Assembly: GCA_042219045.1 (NCBI GenBank)
Contig: JBDGQO010000004.1
Location: forward strand, 2,975 to 47,677
DNA: 44,703 nt
Direction: 5' to 3'
Source: Candidatus Bipolaricaulia bacterium
GTDB taxonomy: Bacteria > Bipolaricaulota > Bipolaricaulia > RBG-16-55-9
Shown here: positions 1 through 8,434 of the stretch, one piece after another
How the letters are laid out: each line of letters opens with the position of its first letter
Numbering within the stretch: position 1 is the first letter of the stretch
Made by a program: the position numbers and the translations under genes
The notes under the pieces: generated by a model
The model's input: the letters and a program-made list of their open reading frames with translations, nothing else
What the model was told of the DNA's origin: nothing
Database searches by the model: none

Positions 1-1
1 C

Positions 2-1573
2 GTCGATGTTGACCACGGAGCCGAGCGATTCGCTCAACTGATAGATGCTTTGCAGCCGCCGTTGGCGATCTTGCAGGGAGTGGATGTTCTTGGTCTGTTG
101 GATGGCGAGCCCTGCCACGTTCGCAAACAGCTCGACCGGCTCGATCGCCTTGGCCGTGGGGGCTTCGCCGTCGATGGGGTCGTCCACCGAAATCAGGCCG
201 AGCAGTTGGTGGTCCGGCAGCCATAGCGGGATGAACAGCATGTCCTCGGGGTCCCAATTGCCGTCGGTGGGCTCCATCCGTCCAGTGACGAAGCCCGGCC
301 GTTCGCCCCACGGATTGCGATCCGTCGGGATGTAATACGAGCGACTAAGCTTGAAGTCCTCGTGGAAGATCCGCTTGCGCTCCGCCGGGGGCAAGGGATT
401 GGACCGGAGCTGCGCTTCCTCCTCGGGCGTGAGCCCGGCCTGAGCCGAGCGGACGATGCGCACCTGTTCGATGGAATCGGGCGCGATCGGTCGATCGTAA
501 AGCGCGAGCGCGGCTCGCTGGAACGGCGTGTGATCGGTAATGGCGGTGACGATGTCCTCCAGAATGGCCTGCAGGTCTTGTCCGGCCAGGATCCGTTCGC
601 CCAGCTCAAGGAACCGCTCCGTCTGGCTCCAGCGGGCGAACTCGTGCTGAGAGGTTGAAGGCTGGTCGTCATCGGGGGACGTGTCGCCGAACTCGGCCAC
701 GAATGCGTCCACGACGTCCGGATCGAACTGCGTGCCCGAATTCGCCCTCAGCTCAGCGAGGGCGTCCTCGTGCGGCATGCCTGTTTGATAAGGTCGGTCC
801 GTGGTCATGGCGTCGTAAGCGTCCACAACGGCGATGACCTTCGCCTCGAGGCGAATCTCGTCCCCGACCAAGCCGTGCGGATAGCCGTCCCCATCGACGC
901 GTTCGTGGATCTGCTCCACGATGCGACCCACGTCTTCAAAGCCTGGTTGTTCCTCCAGCAACTCGCGTCCCCACTCGGAGTGACGCTTCAGGATCTCCCA
1001 TTCGTCGTCCGTCGGCGAGCCCGGCTTCTGGATGATGTGATCTGGGACCTTCGTCTTGCCGATGTCGTGGAAGTAGGCGGCGTACCGGATATGATATAGC
1101 CTCTGGGCCGGTAGCCCCAAGCGATGTCCGAGCCGGTTTGCCATGTGTTCGAGCCTCTTCGAATGGCCTTCCATGTGCTCATCGGCTTCGACCTGTTCGG
1201 CCAGTTCAAAGAATTGGCGGTTGACGGCTTTCATGTCCGCAAATGCTGGCAGAGACGTGATCTGCAGCAGGGCAACTTCCGTTGCCGCCTCAAAGTAGGC
1301 CGACTCGTCCACCTCTTGGGTCACGATGCAATCGCCCGGCTCGATCACGATCTCCTGGTCGCCATCGCGGTACTTCAGCTGACCGCTGAGCACGTAGAAG
1401 ATTTCCGAGTCGTTCGATTTTTCCGGAGGGAATACCTTCAAGGGGGTGCTTGGGGGCAAGTCGTGTCGGCTGACTTCCAGGTTGTCCGATTGCGTAAGCA
1501 GTTGGGTGGCGGCCTGCCCGCGTGCCGTGCGAGCCAGAACATCTCGTGATCTGTGGATGAAGACCGGGTCCAT
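2..1573 (-). CDS. Cupin-HD-GYP-GAF signalling protein (c-di-GMP phosphodiesterase-like), 3' end runs off window
   Basis: Not in the ORF track. Manual translation from ATG 1573 (MDPVFIHRSR...) is open to the window edge. Cupin-like EIFYVLSGQLKYRDGDQEIVIEPGD; HD-GYP motifs YFHDIGK, HERVDGDGYPHG, AVVDAYDAMTTDRPY, GTQFDP; then GAF-like LFIPLW...LLGLISVDDP. Confidence 0.9.
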   Translation of the reverse strand, partial: MDPVFIHRSRDVLARTARGQAATQLLTQSDNLEVSRHDLPPSTPLKVFPPEKSNDSEIFYVLSGQLKYRDGDQEIVIEPGDCIVTQEVDESAYFEAATEVALLQITSLPAFADMKAVNRQFFELAEQVEADEHMEGHSKRLEHMANRLGHRLGLPAQRLYHIRYAAYFHDIGKTKVPDHIIQKPGSPTDDEWEILKRHSEWGRELLEEQPGFEDVGRIVEQIHERVDGDGYPHGLVGDEIRLEAKVIAVVDAYDAMTTDRPYQTGMPHEDALAELRANSGTQFDPDVVDAFVAEFGDTSPDDDQPSTSQHEFARWSQTERFLELGERILAGQDLQAILEDIVTAITDHTPFQRAALALYDRPIAPDSIEQVRIVRSAQAGLTPEEEAQLRSNPLPPAERKRIFHEDFKLSRSYYIPTDRNPWGERPGFVTGRMEPTDGNWDPEDMLFIPLWLPDHQLLGLISVDDPIDGEAPTAKAIEPVELFANVAGLAIQQTKNIHSLQDRQRRLQSIYQLSESLGSVVNID

Positions 1574-1721
1574 GACTGCTTCCGTTGCTATCGCGTTGAG
1601 CGCACCATTGCAAGCCCAAGGGTACGGCCCTTCGTCCCATTTATCAGCTCATGGGCTCGACAGAAGGGGACTGTCCAACGCGTTGCTTCAATTCTGCGTG
1701 GAGTCCGGTCCGGGATGACAA

Positions 1722-1750
1722 GAGGGCAGGCCCACGCAGAGCCTGCCCTC
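1722..1750 (-). terminator. GC-rich hairpin downstream of the small secreted-peptide gene
   Basis: Perfect 10-bp stem GAGGGCAGGC/GCCTGCCCTC with 9-nt loop; only a weak U tail on the minus strand. Confidence 0.5.
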
Positions 1751-1785
1751 GGCTTAAATAACTGGTTGATGCGGTGGCGAAATGA

Positions 1786-2073
1786 TTAGGTTCCGGAGCC
1801 GCCGATATCAATAGGGTCATAGCAGACCCCTGACGGCGTCGTCTTTTCCTCGCCGTCCGGTACCTGCTGTTCGTCGCAGCCATCTTCCTGATTGTTCGCC
1901 GCGCCGTCAGCGTTGCCGGCGCTCATCAGGACAAGCGTGAGGCCGGCCGAATCGATCGACTGGAACGCGTAAGACGTGCTCCCATCGGCGGTCAGACGAG
2001 CATCGGCTGGGCTGACCAAGAGTCCTACCGCCAGCGCGATCGCGACCGTAGCGACGATGAATTTTCTGTTCAT
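1786..2073 (-). CDS. Small secreted protein/peptide (95 aa)
   Basis: SD GGGAGG before ATG 2073; signal peptide MNRKFIVATVAIALAVGLLVSPADA; acidic mature region with two Cys. Confidence 0.75.
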   Translation of the reverse strand: MNRKFIVATVAIALAVGLLVSPADARLTADGSTSYAFQSIDSAGLTLVLMSAGNADGAANNQEDGCDEQQVPDGEEKTTPSGVCYDPIDIGGSGT

Positions 2074-2116
2074 GAGATGCCTCCCTGTTGCGCTAGAATC
2101 GGCATGGCCACTGGGC

Positions 2117-2145
2117 AAAATAGCACACTGGCTCGGTTTAAGCAA
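2117..2145 (-). promoter_or_regulatory. Putative sigma70 promoter of the small peptide gene
   Basis: TTGCTT-17 bp-TATTTT with TGn extension on the minus strand. Confidence 0.45.
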
Positions 2146-2279
2146 GGGGTAAGCGTATATTCAATTTGTGCCTGAGGGCCAACCTCGACAGCAACGTGAC
2201 GCGGCCTCGGCGCATTGACCGAAGGGCCGCAAACGACGATCGGCCTCACCGTACTTAAGTCCGGCGTCGAACGCTGAGC

Positions 2280-3155
2280 TTATCGCCGCGCGATGTCCAC
2301 GCTCAGCGGTCCCATTAATTCGGACTCGATCAGCACCTCCTGGCCGGTTCCATCCCGATTGATGTGGCCAATCCGGTCGAGGGCGTTGTCGACCCAGTAG
2401 AGCCGTCCCGCTGACGTGTCCAGCGCAAGGCCGGTCGGCGTCACCATGCCGTCGGTCGCCAGGTCGACCACGTCGGAGCCGTCCAAGCGGGCTCGCCGGA
2501 TGGTGTCTAAGCGCTGATCAGTCCAGTAGAGGACGCCCTCGGACGGGGCGAGGACCAGCCCCGCCGGACGGCTTGAGGCATCGCTCAGGACGGTCTCGAT
2601 GCCGTTGCCCTGGACGGACGCGCGTCGAATCGCACCTTGGCCTCGCTCGATCCAGTAGAGTTGATCGCTATCCGGCGCCACGTCGATGGCGCGGGGGCGA
2701 TCAAGATCGTCAACCAGGGTTTCGACGTTGGAGCCATCGAGGGCGGCACGCCCAATGCGGCCCGGCTCGCGGTCCGACCAGTAGAGCTTGTCCGCACGCC
2801 GATCGAGCGCCACCCCGAAGGGCGCGTTCAGCTCGGTGTCGTCGATCAGCGTCTCGACCGCCGTGCCGTCGAGGTTGGCGCGCCGAATCCGGTCTTGCAG
2901 GCTATCGGCCCAATAGATGGAGCCCCCGTCGCTGTCCACCGCGACGTCGACGGGATTGCCGGTTCCGTCGATCATGATCTCCGGCTCGTAATCCCCGAGC
3001 GACGCTCGCCCAATCCGGTCGGCGACAGGGTCCGCCCAATAAATGTGGCCCTCCACTCCGTTTTGGGCGGCGCTAGGGCTCACCAACAGCAGCAGGATCA
3101 GGCCAAGCGAAGCGGCGAGATAGACAGCGTCGCGTAGGGCAGGGCAACCTCTCAT
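2280..3155 (-). CDS. Secreted YWTD (LDL-receptor class B repeat) beta-propeller protein
   Basis: Signal peptide; six repeats IYWAD/IYWAD/LYWSD/LYWIE/LYWTD/LYWVD, each followed by an I(R/G)xAxLDG-like segment; SD AAGGAGG. Confidence 0.88.
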   Translation of the reverse strand: MRGCPALRDAVYLAASLGLILLLLVSPSAAQNGVEGHIYWADPVADRIGRASLGDYEPEIMIDGTGNPVDVAVDSDGGSIYWADSLQDRIRRANLDGTAVETLIDDTELNAPFGVALDRRADKLYWSDREPGRIGRAALDGSNVETLVDDLDRPRAIDVAPDSDQLYWIERGQGAIRRASVQGNGIETVLSDASSRPAGLVLAPSEGVLYWTDQRLDTIRRARLDGSDVVDLATDGMVTPTGLALDTSAGRLYWVDNALDRIGHINRDGTGQEVLIESELMGPLSVDIARR

Positions 3156-3380
3156 CGCAACCTCCTTACAGTGTTGACAGGCGCCGCGTTACCCCGGCGG
3201 GTCAGAGGCAACGCGAGGCCACGGGAGTCCGTGGCGTTGCGCCATCGCTTAGCTTTGCCACCTCTCGATCCACCGCTGAGCGTTAGCGTAGCATATTGGT
3301 GCAGGATTGAACGGGAATGGCCTTTAGTGTGGGGAGTCTACCGACTTGACTTGGCTTCCGGGGCAAGACCTCGGGCCGCT

Positions 3381-3473
3381 TACAGGCCACCGCACAAGTC
3401 GAGTCAACCGATGGTCGACATGTTGGCCCCGCCGACAGCAACTGACTTGATCGGACTTTCGCGATGATCAGTA
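3381..3473. mobile_element. MITE-like palindromic repeat, copy 1
   Basis: 93 bp, TA at both ends, ~27-bp imperfect terminal inverted repeats; aligns by eye with 8085-8179 and the reverse complement of 10293-10384. Confidence 0.75.
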
Positions 3474-3916
3474 AGGCTCGTCCCGTCGATCCATCACCGA
3501 TTGGATCAACGAGCTTAGGTTCGTCGTCTCATGGGACTCGATATCAACGGCTTGGAGGAAGGTTTCCGAGATGGTCACCTCACCCGAGTCCGATTCCTCG
3601 TCGGCCCGGGTCTCAAATGCCACCTCCCCCAGTTGAGCAGTTGAGGCTCGTCGACCCAGAAGCTTCGACTCAGCAGAAGGTAGAGCGGCTCGCGCCTCGA
3701 CGTCAGCCGCTGTTCCGTGCCGTCGGCTGGGCGATGATAGATCGCGGTGCCGATCTCCAAGCAACGCAGTCGAGCCGCAGCATCCCGACTCCCTTCTGCT
3801 CATCCAGGACCAGCGTCGTCTGGAGCCTGAGAGGCGACGCGCCCTGGAGAGACGGCACACCCAACGAGAGCCACTAGGCACGTGACAACCCCGAGTAAGG
3901 ATGTCTATCTCGCCAG
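3468..3916 (-). pseudogene. Degraded lipoprotein-like gene
   Basis: SD GGGAGG, then CTG GCG AGA TAG ACA..., giving (M)AR*TSLLGVVTCLVALVGC (lipobox LVGC). Downstream coding-like text shifts between frames and ends in the MITE arm. Confidence 0.4.
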
Positions 3917-4063
3917 CGTCGCCTCCCGTTCAGTCAGGGTCGAGCCCGCCCTGAATCCATGCTATGTGTCGGAATCCGACAGCTCTTACCCACCGACTCG
4001 GGCCCTTGGCAGTGACGAATTCCGACAGGTGCAAAAGGGCATGCGGAGGCGAACGATTTGCAC

Positions 4064-4222
4064 CTAGCTCTCTTGATCTTCGAGGTATTCCTCGATCGCC
4101 TGGACGGCGAGATAGTTCACGGAGCGGTCCTTGTCCCTTGCCAGCTTTTGCAGGCGCTGAAGGACGTCCTCGTTCTGGTACTTCTGCGGAAAATAGATCG
4201 TGATTGTGGTGCGATCTGCCAT
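4064..4222 (-). CDS. Ribbon-helix-helix (CopG/Arc-like) DNA-binding protein, 52 aa
   Basis: Not in the ORF track. MADRTTITIYFPQKYQNEDVLQRLQKLARDKDRSVNYLAVQAIEEYLEDQES; SD GGAGG; beta-strand plus two helices pattern. Confidence 0.85.
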   Translation of the reverse strand: MADRTTITIYFPQKYQNEDVLQRLQKLARDKDRSVNYLAVQAIEEYLEDQES

Positions 4223-4237
4223 CGAGTTCCCTCCAGG

Positions 4238-4483
4238 TTATGAAGATCCGACGTAACGCTCGGCCAATGTCGGGGTTCGCAGCGGGGACAGCACGACGTA
4301 GCCTGACTTGGTCACGATCACGGAGCGCCGTTTGCGACCTCGTGTCAAGTCAATCAGCTGGTTGTGCTCCTCCGCTGCGTTGACCATCTGCTTCATGGGC
4401 AACGAGTCCGGCCGGGCAATCGACACGACCTCGTCCGTGCTGACCAGGTTGTCCAATCCCACGTTCAACAGTCCGTTTGACAC
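4238..4483 (-). CDS. remA: RemA/DUF370 family extracellular matrix regulator
   Basis: LLNVGLDNLV...IDLTRGRKRRSVIVTKSGYVVLSPL resembles the RemA family pattern (NIGFGN...IDATxGRKTRAVI...VILS). Confidence 0.85.
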   Translation of the reverse strand: MSNGLLNVGLDNLVSTDEVVSIARPDSLPMKQMVNAAEEHNQLIDLTRGRKRRSVIVTKSGYVVLSPLRTPTLAERYVGSS

Positions 4484-4493
4484 GCTCGCTCAC

Positions 4494-4664
4494 CTATCCT
4501 TTCGGATGATCCTTGTGCTCTTCGCGCTCGACGAACTCCATCAGCGCCTTCGTGGCGAGGTAGTTCACCGAGCGATCCTGTTCCTGCGCCAGCTGGTGGA
4601 GCCGTTCCAGCGGCTTGTGCTCGCGCTTGTCTTGGGGCACATAAATGCTTAGCTTGTCCTCCAT
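4494..4664 (-). CDS. Ribbon-helix-helix protein, 56 aa, paralog of 4064-4222
   Basis: Not in the ORF track. MEDKLSIYVPQDKREHKPLERLHQLAQEQDRSVNYLATKALMEFVEREEHKDHPKG; SD GGAGGT; shares DRSVNYLA with the paralog. Confidence 0.85.
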   Translation of the reverse strand: MEDKLSIYVPQDKREHKPLERLHQLAQEQDRSVNYLATKALMEFVEREEHKDHPKG

Positions 4665-4938
4665 ACGTTACCTCCATGTTTCATAACGTGTAGGCCAGGG
4701 TAGTATATGAGAATTCGTGCGTAAAACGGGCGCATGCGTTATCCCTGAGCGGGGTTGAACTCTCGGGATCACCTCCAGCCTTGATCGTCCGAATTATTCG
4801 GCGGCTTGGGGATAGAATGATCCCGATTCACAATGCCCATTGGCGGCCGATGCTTGGGTACAGCCGATAGGTCCCGGCGCCATTCTGCGCATCCACCAAC
4901 TGTTGATACGGGCCACGGGGCCGGGTGTCTCGCTGTCA

Positions 4939-6411
4939 TCACTTGGGGGACGATCGTGGGGAGGCCTCAGGTGCCCCTCGCACTCGATTCCGCCCCGACG
5001 CTTTCGCCTCATAGAGGGCCCCATCCGCGTGCGCCAGAAGCTCATCGAGGTCGTCGATATCCGAGCTCCAGGCGGCAACGCCGACGCTGATGGTGACCGA
5101 GAGGGTTCCGGCCTCGGTTTCGAACGGTTGGCGCCCCACCTCCTGGCGCAAGCGCTCGGCGACCTCGCTCGCTTGGCCCAAGTCCGTCTCCGGCAAGAGC
5201 GCGACGAACTCCTCGCCTCCGTATCGGCCCAGAATGTCGACATCTCGCAATTTGCCGCGGCATCGATCCGCGATGCCCACCAGCACGCTGTCGCCCACGC
5301 CGTGCCCGTGCGTGTCGTTGACGGCCTTGAATCGATCGAGGTCGAACATCAGCACGGACAGCGCATGGTTGAAACGCCGCGCCCGCTCCAGCTCACGTCG
5401 ACCCAACTCCGTGAGCCCGCGGCGATTGTGCAGGCCCGTGAGCGCGTCGGTCTGGGACAGCTCTTGCAGATCGCTGTACAATCGGGCGTTCTCGATCGCG
5501 ATGGCGACTTGATCGGCAAAGGCCGAGGCCACGCGAACGTGATCGTCGGTGAAGCTGTCCGGCTTTTGACTGTCAATGGCCAACACGCCGATAAGCCGGT
5601 CGCGCACGATCAGCGGAACGCCCAAGAACGAGCGGATGTGATCATGGGGCGGCTTGCGGAATTCGGAGTATGCTTGCGGCGCGTTGCGGAGGACGACCGG
5701 CGTGTGCTCTTGCACGATCTCCGTGTTCGGATTGTCCCCGGGAATTGAGAAGCGCATGCCGATCACGGCATCCGGATCGTCCCATCCACGTCCGCCTACA
5801 ATCTCCAGCTCGCCATCGCGCAGCAGTTGGACGGACGCACTGTCGTAAGGGAGGACGTGGGCAAGCTGTTCGAGGATGCGTCGGATCGCCTCTTGCTGAT
5901 CGAGGGCCTGCAGGACCACGGCGCTGGCTTGGCGTAACGTCTCCGCTTCGTCCGCGAGCTGTTGCGCCGACCTCAGGGAGTGTTCGCTTTCACCTTGGGA
6001 AGCTTGACCTATAGGCTCGATGCGGTTCGCCTTCGGGATCGCCACGCCGACGCGGAGCATGTCGCCCCGTGGGCCCTCGCGGTCCGTCCACCTGACTCGA
6101 TGGACGTCTCCCCGATGGTCGACAATATTCTGCTCGCAGACTGGAGCATGGTCTGCTTCTGTGTCTTGGGATGCTTGGCCCGGATGGGGCCCTTCCGCGT
6201 CGGCCTCATCCGCGGCAGGGACGTTGAGTTCCGACCAGGCTCGACCGAGGATGTCAGCGCGGGGAATGCCCCACTGTTGGATAGCTGGATTGGCATCGAG
6301 GATTGTCCCCTGTTCGTCCAGGACGACGATCGGGGTGGGAACGGCAGCGAGAATGGCTTCAGCCGGAACGGTGGGCTCTGGATCGTTGGCTTGTCGATGC
6401 TCGTTCGTCAT
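4939..6411 (-). CDS. PAS-GAF-GGDEF diguanylate cyclase
   Basis: DALTGLHNRR, DLDRFKAVNDTHGH, I-site RDVD, RYGGEEF; upstream GAF (SFLGVPLIVRDRLIGVLAID) and PAS-like N-terminus. Confidence 0.95.
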   Translation of the reverse strand: MTNEHRQANDPEPTVPAEAILAAVPTPIVVLDEQGTILDANPAIQQWGIPRADILGRAWSELNVPAADEADAEGPHPGQASQDTEADHAPVCEQNIVDHRGDVHRVRWTDREGPRGDMLRVGVAIPKANRIEPIGQASQGESEHSLRSAQQLADEAETLRQASAVVLQALDQQEAIRRILEQLAHVLPYDSASVQLLRDGELEIVGGRGWDDPDAVIGMRFSIPGDNPNTEIVQEHTPVVLRNAPQAYSEFRKPPHDHIRSFLGVPLIVRDRLIGVLAIDSQKPDSFTDDHVRVASAFADQVAIAIENARLYSDLQELSQTDALTGLHNRRGLTELGRRELERARRFNHALSVLMFDLDRFKAVNDTHGHGVGDSVLVGIADRCRGKLRDVDILGRYGGEEFVALLPETDLGQASEVAERLRQEVGRQPFETEAGTLSVTISVGVAAWSSDIDDLDELLAHADGALYEAKASGRNRVRGAPEASPRSSPK

Positions 6412-6813
6412 GGCGCTTTCCTATATTGGCAATATATCATAATGGAGCGTTGGTGGCGCCGCAAGGTCCGAGGCGCGATGTCGGCTTGCGTCTGACGCCG
6501 AGGATGCGTGGCGCTCACGTGATCTCCTTGTTGAGCGCGATGATCGTCGAAACCGAAGGCACGGTCACGGGCCGAACGTCCGACAGCTCCGTCTTCGATG
6601 TCGTGACCGACATTTGATTAAAATACCCCGAATGAGCTTACGTGTTCGTTGGCTGCGTGTCAACATGCCAAAACGTGACTTGATATCGCGAGTTGCGCTA
6701 GGCCTCTGCGAGCCCATGCATCGGTCCGGAATTGATGGACATGTCGACTGGCTCCGGAGCGAAGGGCGTTAAGGGAGCACCGTGAACGTCCCAATGGACG
6801 AGGACGAGTTCGA

Positions 6814-7110
6814 TCAGATATCGATAACGTCGTCGTCGTAAGCGGAGCTGGAATGGGGCCCAGTGGCATTGCGCCTCGCGTCGACCTGCCCCGCCATTTT
6901 CGCCAGCCGCCACGTCGTCCTGAGCAGGAAAGGCAAGAACGCGAGCAAGGCGATGACCAGGCTGAAAAGCGCAACCGGCAAGAGCAGGAGGCCGCGAAGC
7001 GGGGATCCATTGAACGAGATGCGGTAGCCCTTTCGTCCGCCTGAGGGCCTGGCGTCCGCCTCATGCGGGATCGTTCCGTGACGGCGGCGGAAAAGGTCTT
7101 TCAGGGCCAT
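6814..7110 (-). CDS. Small membrane protein (98 aa)
   Basis: One long hydrophobic segment LLLLPVALFSLVIALLAFLPFLL; C-terminal DDDVIDI. Confidence 0.65.
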   Translation of the reverse strand: MALKDLFRRRHGTIPHEADARPSGGRKGYRISFNGSPLRGLLLLPVALFSLVIALLAFLPFLLRTTWRLAKMAGQVDARRNATGPHSSSAYDDDVIDI

Positions 7111-7281
7111 GATGGCACGGTACAGTCAGCGTGCGATACGATCAACCACACGGGTCGAGGTGCCGGTCCGGCATCGTACGGGGTCGACGTGGGGCTCAAC
7201 GTGGTTCAGAGCTCGAAGGCCGTCCTTGGCATCAAGTCGGCCCTTTTTCCGTATTGGACGACGCGTGTCAGTTGGCCGGCG

Positions 7282-8004
7282 TCAATCCTCTCCTTGTGAC
7301 GTGCCGACGTTCACGGCGCTGTTAATGCGGTCGACGAGCCGCGAGAAGGGCATGCTCTGCAGGTAAATGAGCCCCGGCCCGGTCAGCGTCGCCAACACCA
7401 AGCCTTCGCCGCCGAACAGGGCGTTCTTGATCCCGCCGATGTAGTGGATGTCGTAGTCGATGGCCGGATCGAAGGCCACGAGGCAACCGGTGTCGAGGCG
7501 CAAGGTCTCGTCGGGGCCGAGCTCGCGTTCCACCACCGTGCCGCCCGCGTGCACAAACGCCATGCCGTTGCCTTCCAGTCTCTGGAGGATAAACCCTTCG
7601 CCGCCGAAAAGCCCCGTGCCGACCTTCTTCTGGAATTCGACCTCGATGTTGGTCCCCTGTGCGGCGCATAGGAACGTGTCCTTCTGACACAGGAACTGTC
7701 CTTCATGCTGGCCAAGGTTGATCGGCACGATCCTGCCCGGGTAAGGGGCCGCGAACGCCACGCGCCCTTCGTCAGATCCCTCGTTTGCAAAGGTCGTGAT
7801 GAAAAAGCTCTCGCCGGTCACCATGCGCTTGACCCCGTCGACGAGCCCGCCGCCGGTGGAGGTCTCCATCTCGATGCCCTCATCCATGTATATCATCGTG
7901 CCGCTCTCGGCCTGAACCGCTTCACCAGGGTCCAGGGTCACCTCAACGAGCTGCATGTCGTTGCCGTAGAGTTGATAATCGATCTCGTCGGTGGATATTG
8001 CCAT
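7282..8004 (-). CDS. TIGR00266 / AIM24 family protein
   Basis: SD AAGGAGG before ATG 8004; [50 protein letters not shown]. Confidence 0.92.
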   Translation of the reverse strand: MAISTDEIDYQLYGNDMQLVEVTLDPGEAVQAESGTMIYMDEGIEMETSTGGGLVDGVKRMVTGESFFITTFANEGSDEGRVAFAAPYPGRIVPINLGQHEGQFLCQKDTFLCAAQGTNIEVEFQKKVGTGLFGGEGFILQRLEGNGMAFVHAGGTVVERELGPDETLRLDTGCLVAFDPAIDYDIHYIGGIKNALFGGEGLVLATLTGPGLIYLQSMPFSRLVDRINSAVNVGTSQGED

Positions 8005-8084
8005 CGTGGGCACCTCCTTCAACCGGTCAGATGATGGCGAACGCAACGTCTCGAGGCCAGCTCATGAAAATGCCGTTCAACGCT

Positions 8085-8179
8085 TACTGACCACCCCAGA
8101 ATCAGCGTCAACCGATGGTCGCAACCTGGGGCCCCCGCTGACGGCAACCGACTTGACGGAACTTTCCCGGTGATCAGTC
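8085..8179. mobile_element. MITE-like palindromic repeat, copy 2
   Basis: TACTGACCACC...GTCAACCGATGGTCG...ACTTGAC...TGATCAGT; homologous to copies 1 and 3. Confidence 0.75.
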
Positions 8180-8290
8180 GGTGTACATGTCGGTGCATCG
8201 AGAGGGAATGAAGGGACCGAATGACAGATCGTGCCCATCGACTGACGCTTGACAGAAGGAGGATTTGACGGCTAAACATACCGGCATGGG

Positions 8291-8434
8291 GGGAAGCTGT
8301 CCGGCCCGCCGGCGATCTCTTGAGGCTGATCGGGGGAAAATCCCGCAGGTAAGGAGGCAAGAGCAGGGGGAGAGTGCTCTCTGGAAACCTGCGGGCAAAA
8401 CCCTCACAGCTCCGGCCCGCGGGCCGGGCAGCAT
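8291..8434 (-). ncRNA. Candidate structured small RNA (~140 nt rod)
   Basis: Nested stems: 8296-8309 with 8419-8432 (13/14 bp), TGAGG/CCTCA, CCCGCAGGT/ACCTGCGGG, GAGCA/TGCTC. A TACAAT -10 box (8440-8445, minus strand) lies 7 nt upstream. Confidence 0.55.

Noticed and set aside
193..672. 159-aa minus ORF and the plus-strand ORFs over 45-1549
   Set aside because: Shadow frames of the HD-GYP-GAF gene
1574..1720. c-di-GMP-I riboswitch upstream of the HD-GYP gene
   Set aside because: Only a GGGACG-like fragment; no GNRA P2/P3 architecture
3255..3285. SAM-I-like ATCGAGAGGTGG on the minus strand
   Set aside because: The remaining SAM-I core motifs are absent and the downstream gene is unrelated
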